The notes under the pieces are model-generated. The model searched no databases. It worked only from the letters and a program-made list of their open reading frames with translations, and had not been told where the DNA came from. Made by a program: the position numbers and the translations under genes. From assembly GCA_965203295.1 (NCBI GenBank), contig CBDBCZ010000010.1, positions 224,001 through 288,000 on the forward strand: a DNA stretch of 64,000 nt. Reading direction: 5' to 3'. Source of the DNA: Nitrospirales bacterium. Lineage in GTDB: Bacteria; Nitrospirota; Nitrospiria; Nitrospirales; UBA8639. Numbering within the stretch: the stretch's first letter is position 1; each line of letters begins with the position of its first letter. Of this stretch, positions 26,099 through 37,949 are shown in pieces.

Positions 26099-28511
26099 TA
26101 TGCTTGGGCGGATTATGCTCGAAAATTTAACGAATTTCTATTCCCAAATTCCCAAAATTTTGCCCATAATTCTCAGAAATTTTACCTATTATTCTCAAAA
26201 AAAATTGAATTCATCAATCAGGATACAAGACTGACTCTTAGCGCTTATTGTACTGAAACATCAGTGATAGTTCAATATAGTCTTGTAGAGAATGCTCTTG
26301 CTGGTCACTGAAGGAAGCATTCAGCAGTGAAAACACCCTCTCGGCTGCTGCTGAGGATGGTTGTTGGATCAGCAACACCTTGCGAAGAGCTGCTGACCAA
26401 AAGGGCAATGCTGTGGAGTTCATTCTCCACCACTGGAGGGGGTCATAGTCTGGTGAAATGTCGGCTGCTTTGGACAGGTACAATGGGAGCTCTGTCTTGA
26501 GATTCTGTAATGTTGCTGTATCAAGAAAGGGCAGCACAGAAAGGCAGTCTAGTGCAGCGGCATCCGGTTGAATCTCCACGGCTTTCTTGGGGTTGAAGAC
26601 CCTTACAGCTTTGAACACTGCCATCGAATTACTAAGAGTACCACTAACAGCATCAGCAAAGTATTCCAGTCCAGGCTCAACGCAGTCCATTCCATGCCTT
26701 ACCCACCTCTGGCAGAGCTGGGAGTCTCCTTAGCTGAGTTTTTTACTCACTGCTTCTAAATTAGGATAGTGGCCTGTTTGAATAGAGGTAAGAACAGTCG
26801 TCATCGCTTCATAGCAATTTAATGCAAGCGGCCCATCTCCTTCAAGATCATACGTGGTTTTCACCAGGGGTTCCCCAGCATCAATAACAGCTGCCAGCTC
26901 CACCATTAGCATATCCTTCTTGGTGGTAATAACAGATATGAGCTTCGTCATTGTAGCTGGAGCAATGTCGCTGTGAGAGGAAAGAAACAATTCCACATCA
27001 CCAAAGTGGGTCATTAGCTGATCTAGTACCTCCCATTGACTCCACCATCGTGTTGCCGAATAAGATCGTACTGAAACTCCAACTTGCTCCTTCCATAGGA
27101 GTCGAGCTTTGGGACTGTGAGCAAACAACGACACCCATGAGCTCACAAACTCTGAGAGGGTAGGGATCTTGAAGTGTTCCCCTGCAAGGTTAATTGTGTG
27201 CAAAAAGCACCCAACATCCACAACAAGGGGGTAGACGACCTTGAGGGTTCTCAGAGCGACATTGTTCACGGACGCTCTGTCCCTCATTGCAGCTAGGAGA
27301 GAAGTAGGGGAGACACTGTAGTTGATAGACAACACAGTTATCAATTCCCGGGCAAGTTCCTCCCCAGTCATACTCTTAGCTATCATCTGAACTCGCAGAA
27401 GTCGCTGCTGTATCTTCATGCCTTCAGTGACGTATCGAACCAAGATCACTACTGCCTCTCCCAAGCGGGTGGTTCCATCAAACACAATCGATAAGTGCCT
27501 TCCTTCGATCTCATTCTTCCTTCGATCTCATTCTTGATCCGCTTCTCTTCTTCTTTCCAAATGAATGGAATCAGGTTGGACATATGGCTGCGATCAGTTA
27601 GGCGGAAAGCATTCTCTTCTAGTCCGTCCCTGAAGAGAATGACTTTGTTAAGAGGCACTCCAGCCCTCAGAAATGCACTGACCACTTTGACACGATACAC
27701 TTGTTGGTCCATCGGTAGTGTCTCACCTTCCAGATGTGTGGCTACATTGTGGGTCTTCAGTGCATCTGCTATGTCCCTCTCACGAGCTTCCTTCACGTTA
27801 AGCTTTTCCTTACCTTGGCTGTGCTTCCCTGACTTTATATGGTTCGTAATCACACTCAACTTGAGGCTTAAATCTTCACGGCATGCAAGGCAGAACAGCT
27901 TTCCACATGAAACTGCTAGTGACTCGTTTGGAAATTCTCTTACTCGTTGAGAAGCTGTTACTGATTTCAGGTCAGATAGAGAACGTGATGTACTCCGTCT
28001 CTTGCCAACTGGGGGTGGGTTAGTGCGCACTTTTCTCTTCCGGGAAATATCAGAACGTTTAGGGGTACGCAGCTTATCCAACAGTGACACGGGGGTCAGA
28101 GGGCTGACATCTCTGACAGGAGTATCCTCTTCACTACTGCTAGCCACCGGGAGACTGCTGTCTTCAGCACTATCAGCAGCAACAGACGATTCAGCCATTT
28201 ATAAATTGCCTAGACTTCTACACGTGCTTTTTAATTGTCACGTGACACAATTTAATTCCCGGTACGGTTCCGAAAACGCTGCCTGAGTCATCAGAACCAC
28301 TGCTGGACGTGATAAACGCATGCAGAGTTTGCTTGTCTAGCGGCAGTAGCGGGCCCGCGAGACTAAATTTGTGGTGGGCCTGGTGACGAGAATATTTCCG
28401 TTCAAGATTCGTATTATTCCCGACAACTGCCCTATTATTCCCGCATTATTCTCGATGCTTCTTAGTGCCTATTATTCCCAAAATTATGCCGGCATAATCC
28501 GCCCAAGCCTA
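26099..28511 (-). mobile_element. hAT DNA transposon
   Basis: TIR TA(T/G)GCTTGGGCGGATTATGC at both ends, enclosing a transposase. Confidence 0.85.
26238..28198 (-). pseudogene. hAT transposase (CGGBP1-like zinc finger, DDE core, dimerization domain), two frameshifts
   Basis: KLFCLAC..NHIKSGKH; FDGTT; AMRDRASVN; CFLH; SATRW; PLQWW..PSSAAAERVFS. A 17-bp tandem duplication at 27501-27534 causes one of the frameshifts. Confidence 0.9.
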
Positions 28512-30046
28512 TCAAAGAGTTAAACTACAGCTGTACAGCCAGACATACTATATTCCTAGAGCGGTACAGCGAAAGTGCTGACTCAGCAGTTTCGTCATGC
28601 GCCTCCAGTTAGTAGCTATATGCCAAGGAACCAGGACCTTTACGGCTACCTACCACGTTTTCGCCATCTAGGCAACACAAAACTACCTTCATTTGCTGTA
28701 GCTTGGCCTGCAAACCTCCAAAAGCTGCTGCAGTTGCATAGTAACGTATGACGTATTATATTGCGCATGTTATAAGTGCAGACGCACAAAGAGACAAACA
28801 AACAAACAGACGCGGAAAACGTAAAGCAATCTTAGTACCAGGTGTTCGCGCGCTCTGGCTGGTAAAAAAGTGTTTAAGCAAAGAGCAAGATGTACAGGAT
28901 TTGATAGAAAAAAGTGGAAAGCTGACTTTAGTGCATGGGATCGGCAAACAAGACTGCCAGATCAACCTGTGACAGACAGTGATGAAGACCTTACCTCACA
29001 AAGACCAGCAAAGAAAAGGAAGCTCACTACATCAGAAGAGAAAGCAAGTCGTGTAAATGAACTAAAGACTCAACTACGCCAGAACCATAGTTCAAAGTAT
29101 TCAGGCCTACAGTATGCCTTATGGGCTAAAATGATAGTGGGAGGAACTTACGAGAGCATGGAAGAACCATCGCCGGTTCCAATGTTTGGTCCACATGTCC
29201 TTGTGGGAGACCAAGCACTAGCAATCTGGCAGATGCTCTTACTGATGCAGCTGACAAAATCACTTGCGCATCCTTACCAGCTACTATAGTGCAACCAGGC
29301 ATGTACTTTCAAAAAAAAATTGGGGTAACTTCTGATAGGGATGACGTATCCTCAAAGATTTTTTTTTGCATTTTGCTCTTGAGATATGCAATGCAATGAT
29401 ATAACTTTTGGGTACCTGGCCTACTTGCAAAGTCTAGATTTAGAGTTACCCGTCAATTTTGGCGGCTTATGACATCACCAAATTCCGAAATTTAGTGGGA
29501 TATGATGCCATCACGTTACCACATGTTTGCCGCGAATGAAAGCGCTGCCGAGTTTGTCGCTATATTCAGCCTCTAAAGTAGCTCCATCGATGCTTATGGG
29601 CAGGAATCAGCTGGACACCAGATAGAAGTCAAGGGAAGAATGAAATGGCGAAATTTTGGCGAAGGGAGCTCAAGTACTGCTGAAACTTGAGACAGCAAAC
29701 TGAACGTGGGAGTACTGACCCTAAAAAGTAAGTTTTTACTAGGCTTTTTACGCTCTCTGAAGGTTCACTAGGCACTATTGGTGAAGGTTTTGATCCTGTT
29801 TGTAGTATAGACAAGAGCATGACGTCTTACTGCAGTCACAGCTTTAAAATTTTAGAGTTCACACCTTTACTTGATCATTGTTGGTGTTTCCAGCTTAAAA
29901 AGCATCTCTTGCTTGGACAGACAAATGGGTCAAAGCTGGCTAATGTGCTTAATTTAACAACAAGTGTGATAAGAATGTACATCGAATACAAACAATGTAC
30001 GCCTCAGGGGATAGGGTTTCACTTGACATTGGTAAAAGTATGTAAG

Positions 30047-30196
30047 TGTAATGGACATAACTGACCATTGTTACCTCATAATGATGGACCATTCTTAACT
30101 GACAATGCACATGTACTAGTATGTTCACTTGTTCTGTCTGCCTGTATGCACCTGGAATATTTGACTATAAATACCAAACTGTATTTATGATTCTCG
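30047..30196 (+). repeat. 5' LTR
   Basis: TGTAATGGACATAACTGACC...TTATGATTCTC, matching 40799-40962. Confidence 0.85.
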
Positions 30197-30247
30197 CTAA
30201 GTGGCGCGGGATGGTGCGCAGTGTCCTTTACAAGGTGGGGCTTGTCC

Positions 30248-31519
30248 GGGATACGAAGACACACTAATGGCTACGAAGCAGCAGCTGAAGTCACAGCTAG
30301 ACTCCTTGCGGAGCGAAAACCAGCGGTTGGAGGAGCTGGTGGAAGACATGCACACGGCGAATCCCGAGCGAGTGTGGACAGCCGAGACAAAAAGGGCCTA
30401 CGACGATGCCATGAAGCAGTTCGAGGCGCTACAGCAGGAGAATTCTGCCCTGCGGTAGAACTTGGCAAGGGAGCAGACAGCTGACAAAGAAGAAGAAATT
30501 GCCAGTCTGTCGAGACCGCTACGGGAAGTTATTCAGGAAACCGAGGCCTCAGAAAGGAGGGCACAAACAACAGGGACAGAAAGCGAGCGAATAGCGTAGT
30601 TGAGATAATAAAAGAGAGAGCGGAGATAGAGCTCAAGCAATTGACCGAAGAACAGTTGCACGCAGAGTTGGAGCGACTCCGAGTTATGGCGGCACAACAG
30701 GCCAAATGGGAAGCCAGGGAGCAGCATCTGGAGGCCCAATTAGTTACGACTGAGCGCCAAGTACAGGAAATGCAGGTGTCTGGACTGCTACAGAGGGGAG
30801 CAAAGCCCATGGTACCACATACAATGGTGAAGCCACCTCATCCAACCACTGGCCGACCTCTACGGTACCACTGACTGCGACTCCTTTTGTTACCCCATCG
30901 ATGATTACTAGTACAGCGGTGCCCGTGACTTCTACTCAAACACGTAATCTACCTCGAGGAGAGCAACTGGGCCCGTCTCAACAGAAGTGTGAATTAACTG
31001 CAGCACTGGGGAACCTAACCCAACAATTACCCCCTTACCGATGTTCTCGGGAGATGACCCAACGCGTGATAGTGGAACATTCCGTGGATCAGTTTGAAAT
31101 GGTCGGAGAATTGGCCCAGTGGAGTGATGGATGGTATTCCTATGCAGGCCCTGGTTGACACGGGATATCCTGCTACAATCATTTCCAGAGAGATATGCCG
31201 AAAGATTCTGGACAAGGAACGAGAAGAAGCTGAACCATTGTCCTCGGAGCAATGGAAAGAGAAAGCTGCCAAGCGTCTGCGACAGCCTAGTCTACTGCTG
31301 AAGGCATACTGTGGAACTGAGTTGAGTATAGGAGCAGAAATTGCAGTCCAAGTGGCTACCCCACGCTATGCAGTAAACAGAGCTGTGTTGGTGCAGAAGG
31401 ATACCCCAGGCCACATGCTCTTGGGAACTGATCTGATGTCTGCCCAGGGAATCAGAGTTCTTGAAGGCGATGGCCAATCCCTACTTGTTCCATTTGTGGA
31501 GGAGCCTCAACCAGTCTGA
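30248..31519 (+). pseudogene. gag: Gypsy gag (coiled-coil, fragmented) and aspartic protease
   Basis: Coiled-coil fragments at 30248-30874; protease IPMQALVDTG..MLLGTD in 31094-31519. Confidence 0.75.
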
Positions 31520-31826
31520 GATATGGAGCAGCCTCAACCAGTCCGAGTCATGGAACAGCCTAAACCAGTCCGAGTCATGGAACAGCCTCAACCAGTCCAA
31601 GTCATGGAGCAGCCTCAACTAGTCCAAGTCATGGGGAGCAGCCTCAACCAGTCCAAGTCATGGAGCAGCCTCAAGCAGTCCAAGTCAAGGAGCAGCCTCA
31701 ACCAGTCCAAGTCATGGAGCAGCCTCAACAAGTCCAAGACATGGAGCGTCTCAACCAGTCCAAGTCATGGAGCAGCCTAGACCAGTCCGAGACGTCAAGC
31801 AGCCTCAACCAGTCCAAGTCATGGAG
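31500..31826 (+). repeat. 27-bp coding minisatellite (EQPQPVQVM)n in pol
   Basis: About 12 units of GGAGCAGCCTCAACCAGTCCAAGTCAT, plus more units near 31995-32045. Confidence 0.9.
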
Positions 31827-32709
31827 GAGCCTTCAGTAGAATTGTAATACAATCGTCAGTAGAATAGGAATGGGCGTAGAATGTTCAGTAGAGTGATCAT
31901 CAGTACAATGGGCATAGAATGATCATTAGTAGAATTGCAAGTAGAATGGGAGTAGAACCATCAATGGAACTGTAATAAGCAGAATTGGCTCCACCAGTCC
32001 AAGTCATGGAGCAGACCACCAGTCCGAGACATGGAGCAGCCTCAAACTCAGCCAGTTAGTATACGTCCTGCCTGCACTGAGGGAGAGCTGGAGTCTGAAC
32101 AACATGAAAAGCAGTCAGATGCAACGGCTGTGTCCTTCGGCCAGCATGATCAGAAGTCACAGATGTCAACCACAGGTGTTCTGCAGCCAGCAGTTGATGA
32201 AGTCCCTATCCCCATGCCTCAAGATTGGAAATAGAAGATATTCCGTCCATGCATACTCTGAGGATGGACAAGGTCCTGGAAGCACCCATAGTACTCCTGC
32301 GACTGGGACGAATTTCTGTGCATTTGATTCAACCCTGTAAGCTGCCAGGACGTTGCGGAAAATTGCTAAAAGGAAAGCTAAAAAGAAACGCTCCTGTCTC
32401 TTCCTTTGAATGGCTGTTTGAACCCAAAACAGGACTACACAACAATGCCCTTGAGATTGCTGACGCGGTTGTCATGCCTCACAATGAATGTATCCTGTTG
32501 CCAGACTGCTAGTCTCGTGCCCAGACCCTTCCCCTCCCCTCCAATGAAAAACGGGGGGAAAAAAAGAAAGGAAAGTTGAGGAGAGGGTCTGGCAGCTTTT
32601 GCACGTTTGCGTGTGCTCTGTAGGAATGTCTACAGAGCCAATTATTTGCAGAATGTCACGTGATTTTACGCAAAGAATTTAATTACTGAATGCTACACGT
32701 GCGAATGCA

Positions 32710-33293
32710 ATGGCTGCGTACAGAGAGTCCGATATCCTCTTCGCGATCGAAGCAGCTGCCAGGCGGCTGGGGTACCAGCTACGGCCGAAACAGCAAGAAG
32801 CTGTCGTGAGTTTTGTAAGCGGTCGGGATGTGTTTGTGTCGCTGCCTACGGGGAGCGGGAAGAGCTTGATTTACAGCGTTCTGCCGTGGACCTTCGACTC
32901 TTTGAGGAAGTGTTCCCAGTGATTCAAAGACCCTAAAAGCTCACTGCGAATTGTTATTGCTACTATAGCGCTTGGTATGGGGCTTGATTGCTCTGATATC
33001 CGCCGAGTTATCCAGTGGGGGGTCCCTTCAAATGTGGAATCATACATCCAAGAAACAGGGTGAGTAGGACGCGATGGGAGGGAAGCTTCAGCAGTACTAT
33101 ACTATGGTGGTCGGGATATGATGGGAACACGGGTAGAGGACCCAATGAGAATACTGCTACATGAAAGAAGGCTGCAGGAGAAACACCTAATGAAGGACTT
33201 TGATGATGACACAGAAGCTGTGAATATATCTGGTTGTCAATGTTGTGATTTATGTGCTGCCAATTGTTGTTGTGCATCATGCATTTCGGTATA
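32710..33293 (+). pseudogene. RecQ-family helicase of AcademH, internally deleted
   Basis: LRPKQQEAV..DVFVSLPTGSGKSL joins directly to IVIATIALGMGLD..SYIQETG*VGRDG..CRR..CCDLC (RQC zinc motif). Confidence 0.85.
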
Positions 33294-33539
33294 AATGTTA
33301 TCTTATATGAACAGCACAGAACTTAATAAAAGTATCATATTAGAGTACACATACTAGAAATACTTTTACATACAAGGGGTGCGGGCATTGTTATGTACCA
33401 TATGATGCATGTTTCTAAAAAAATTGAGTACTCAATTGTGATTCACAGTGTTGTTGCAAATTTGGACGTGAGAAAGATTGATGTTTTGAAGAGCGAAATT
33501 TGCGAGCATTACACATAACATACGTAGTACAAACTTAAG

Positions 33540-36500
33540 GCATAAATGTTTACTGGTGAATAACAAGTTTTTCTAGTTGCTCTTTCATCCAATCCTTGAA
33601 ATTTTTGTTGTCTAGACCCCGTGTTATGTTGCTCTGAAAGTGCGGAAACTTTTTGTGCCGCCTTTTGGAAGTGAAGTTAAAAAAAGTTTTTCGAGGTCAG
33701 TGGCAGTAGAACGCTTTGAGTGTTTCTCTGTCACCGGGGCAGTTCGTTGACTTTATCAAATTGACCTGTAATTTTCATCGACTCCCCGATGCTTTTTCCA
33801 ATGCGAATAACCGAGCGATCCCCGATATTTGGACCTAGCAATCCAATTGCACTCTCTATTGATGTGCTCCATGTGAAGGTCACACGATACGTTCGTTCCT
33901 GGCCTTCCCCGGGTGTTGACTGTGTGGCTCCACAGAAGTTGTTGTTGCATTCGTGGGGTCAGAAGGTACTCATATTGTGCGAGGAAGGTAAACGCTTCAA
34001 TTGAGTAGTTTGTTCGTTTAGAAGCTTTGAATATGGGGAGAAAATATCTCCAGCATCTAAGGATACGTAACCCATCTTCCTCTTTTATTGCATCCACAAA
34101 CTCCATCAGCAATAGCCCTAAACTCAAGACATCTTTGGCATAGGCAAGAATGTGGTCATTATCTTTGACCTTCTTGGAACTAGTGGAGGTTTCGTACGTG
34201 ACATCCACGAACTACTTGCTTAATTCCTTGTAGAAACAAGACCTTGCGCTGTGAGGGATCCAGCTCCTTTGGGAAGAACTCTGCGGATGGTTGGTCTTCC
34301 AAGGAGGACATGCCAAACACCTGCATAGTTGCAGACAAGATGTGGGCCTCCACTACTAATAAGAAAAACTCCTCACAAGCATTGACACTTTTGGAGGGTT
34401 TTTTGACGATATTCCTCCTATTGATGAGGTTACGTAGCTGGTATAGGGTGCCCGCATCCTTCGAAGAAGAGCAGCTGTACAAGCGTTTCCAGATGACCTA
34501 ATAATGAGTATGTGTGAGAATGTTAACCCTTTGGCTTCCGAGAGCGCCAAATGGCGCTCTTAAAATGCCTTGTCTTATCAACCCCGTAGCGCTGCGTAGT
34601 ACGCAGCAGCCACAATGATCATATCCTGTTTACTTTGCACATGTATTGACCTCTGTACTGATATATATTTTATCAATATTCATAGCTTCCTGTACGGATA
34701 TAACAACCACAAAAATGTCACTCTCGTGCGCTATTGCGCTGTCCGCGTGGCAACTTGTCTGGTCAGTGCTTCCTTCTGGTCTTCTCAGTTTCTGTAGGTT
34801 CTCTATGTCTGTAACCCGTCTGTGCATCTCCATAGCCTATTCTATACTGTAGCTACTGCCTATCAGTCATCATACTCCGTGCTTTAGCTAGCTATCGTGC
34901 TCAGCCAGAAAATCACAAATTTACAACGCGTTTACAAGTCACGTGACCTAACACGTGTTTCCATGGCAACGCATTGTGCTTAGCGCCTCAGGGGATTTCC
35001 CTCAGGGCATTCTGCAGTGCAGTAGGGCCTAGCAGGAGACAGTAATATTTCAGATTACTGGAGGTAAGCTCACAGACAAAAATAATATTTACAAATCTAG
35101 GAAGCCAAAGGGTTAAAGTAAAATTGCAAGGCTATTACTACTAATTAGTGACGTTCTGACTCACCCCAAATAGGCACACCTTGGCATGCCAGTCTTCTAC
35201 AACTGGTATTAGCCCTTCTAGGCGATCCTTCCCCCTCTCGGAGTTGCTTCGAATGTCCTTACCTCCTCTTGCTCGCTTTGCAGTTAACATGTCACCACCA
35301 AATAAGAGGTAATGGAATTGGTCAGTGGTGGTATCCATGCTTTCTGAAGAGCCTGGGACTTCTGCGCACTGTTTGGATGTCATAGTGGGCACATACTGGT
35401 GGAGCGATTCCAGGATGGAGATCATGTCTTCATGTTTGATTTCACTTTTAGGAAGAATCCCCAGTGGTACCTAGCCAATAGATAACCAGCAATCAGTTAT
35501 TAACACCCACCAGGTGTCATGCATACAAGTCACAGAAATATAGGCATATATAGCAGTTGATGCTCATGTAACAACTTACCACTTTCGACTTCTGAGCCAT
35601 TTCTTTGTAGTACACATGCTTGATGTTACTCTCCAAACCCGAACCGTAGGTTGCAAAGAAGGGCATGTGTTTCTTGAGCACTCGGCCAATCAGGATAGCA
35701 GAATTTGTCTTGAAGGCAATATCATCATAATGATTTGGGAGAACATCCTCATATCTGACCGACGGTAGGTCTGGCAAAGCAGCATCATCAGGAAGAGATG
35801 ACATATCCAGCCTGTCCTGGACAGCATATATGTTGAAATAATGCAAGGAGGAATTATGAATGCATGTAATATGTACATGATAAAAAACAGAATCTACCTG
35901 AGGTTCGATCATAAACTGCTCCAGTTTCTGCCTCCACTCGTGGACTTCTGCATCGTGCCCCTTTCCAAGCCAGTTGACAGTAGCTATACTCCTCTGATGG
36001 GAAAGGCAAATAAGTAGCCTCTGCAGCCTCCTGAACACCTGCATTTGTTGACATGTACATGTAACAGATATAACACCAAATTTGTTAATTCAGATAGTTA
36101 GTGACTGCTGCAATTCTTAAGTGCAAAGTGTGCATAGTACATAATTATACATGTACATTGCAAATTCATACCTGCTTGGGAGTATGGCCACTGTAAAGAA
36201 TCACAGAAATGATGCGCTGGACGAAGTTCATTCGGGTGTTTCTGTGGTGTAGAAGAATGGCAGCACACAGACCAATAATGGTATTCTCATTGGCTATATA
36301 CGATCTGCCCGTTTTGGAAACGAGACGCCTCTTTGTACGAATGCATCCGCGGAGGAGCTGTAGAAAGGTTGGGGCCTTCTCATGCAACTCGTCAACAAGA
36401 CTGTCCCACGTAAAGGACTGCATTGCCTCTCGCGATGAATTTCGAAGCACAGATGGGTCATCTCGTTTGCACATCGCCATCATCTCCTTTCGGACTAGCT

Positions 36501-37429
36501 TGCCTGCTACCCGGATGACTGCCTGTTTGACTTTGGGGTGAGCTATGGCTTGTCTGGCAATTGCACCGGGATTTCTCCTCCCTACACTCCTACCAATCCT
36601 CTTCATGGACGGTGTGAGGTGATGTACAGTGGACCTTGTTCTCCGCTTAACAACCTAAGTGGTGTATGAAATTTCAATATCCTCAGCGTGCTATAACTGA
36701 GGAAGTACCATAGCTAGAGCTGTCACACAAACTTACTGCAACTGCAGGAGAACGGTCGACCGCAGTCTGTTGCAATACTCGTCTTATTGGAGTGTCTGTC
36801 CTCTGTCGTCTTCGCTTTGCTGGGGGGTGTCACCAGACTCTAAAGGACGCTTCACAGGAGTGTCTGTCTTCTGCTGTCTTCGCTTTGCTGGGGGGGGGGG
36901 GGGGGGGGTGCCGGCAGACTCCAAAGGACGCTTCTGGATAGGAGTGTCTGTCCTCTGTCATTTTCTCTTTGCTGGGGGGCTGTTACCAGACTCCTTTAAA
37001 GGAGTTTGTTGTTGGCTTAGCAAGCAAGACACACTGACAAGTGTTACTCAACCACTTAAATTTGCTTCTTTTAGCAGTGGCTTATCTCGCCATGCTTCTA
37101 CCGCTAGCCTCACCTGCAGTTGAAGTTGATGGTTGCAGTCCACGATTGACAGCAGTCTGGCTTATTTTCTGAGATACTTTATTCTCCAGGTGGAAAAGAG
37201 TGGATCTCAACTTCAGTATTCTTTCCACTTGGGAAAAGCACTTTATACACAAATGCGGCTGCTCTGTAGTTGCGATAGTTCCGGGGTCTGCTGGAAGGAA
37301 CCCGCTACCATACCCAGAACGACGAACAAGCACCCTCAACTCCTTCAGTGCGTCGCTCGATGATGGACTGTATAGTCGCCTGCGTTTAGTCGATGGTGCT
37401 CCGATCAGGCATAAAACACAAACAGCCAT
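33540..37429 (-). pseudogene. Academ transposase (DUF6589-like), spliced and degraded
   Basis: LLFGGDMLT..EDWHAK; GTLYQLRNLINR; DAIKEEDGLRILRCWRYFLPIF; SCDLHMEHINR. N-terminal CxxC..CxxC exon. Confidence 0.8.
34527..35112. mobile_element. piggyBac-type MITE in an Academ intron
   Basis: TIR CCCTTTGGCTTCC / GGAAGCCAAAGGG, with TTAA on both sides. Confidence 0.85.
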
Positions 37430-37949
37430 CGCGCCTCTGCAAGCGGTTGCGCTCACACGGTACACATGCACGTACGTCGCATGCGCGCACACGCACGGCA
37501 GTTTAATTCTATTATTGAATTCCATACTCGTGACGTGACGTATTTACTGAGTCAGCACATTCTAACCGCACGCAAGCAGTCAACAAGAGGGACCAGACCG
37601 TTTCTTCCCGTGCCGGATACTGTAAGCGATCCGGTGCTTGGTTGATTAGGTCTGGCTTGCGAGACTACCAGACTGCAATGCTTCTGGAACACCAACTTGG
37701 TTGAAGAGTGGGCAAGTCCTCGGCTGGCTACTGTGAAGACAATGTCATGGAAATGGATAAATATCCTGATGATGAGGCAGTTGGTGATGAGGACAGGCTG
37801 ATCCTGCGGATGATGAAGCAGTCCATAAAATAAACGTTGACACTGAAGAAATAGACACAACTGGCTTGGTCAACACAAGTCCAAGAGTTGCTTGCCTGAA
37901 ATCAATGTTGCATATGGACCAGCCAGAGATAGATCCTCAAGAGTGAGAA

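Larger units (their letters stand above)
26021..28868 (-). mobile_element. HINE-like element copy 2, interrupted by the hAT
   Basis: 26021-26090 and 28530-28868 are collinear with 12053-12449. Confidence 0.7.
25832..29289 (+). pseudogene. Accessory gene copy 3, split by a HINE + hAT insertion
   Basis: MYNASVKVLNPINKDFTMFTLR..AIFEQLG (25832-26020) resumes at 28869 with EQDVQDLIEKSGKLTL..KYSGLQYALWAKMIVGG. Confidence 0.6.
32510..37667. mobile_element. AcademH DNA transposon
   Basis: TIR TAGTCTCGTGCCCAGACC / GGTCTGGCTTGCGAGACTA; perfect 9-bp TSD CCAGACTGC (32501-32509, 37668-37676); convergent RecQ and transposase genes. Confidence 0.9.

Noticed and set aside
29296..30046. Possible DNA transposon end (GGGGTAACTTC)
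   Set aside because: No partner terminus or TSD identified in the window.
31500..31826. CRISPR-like array
   Set aside because: Head-to-tail 27-bp coding minisatellite without spacers.
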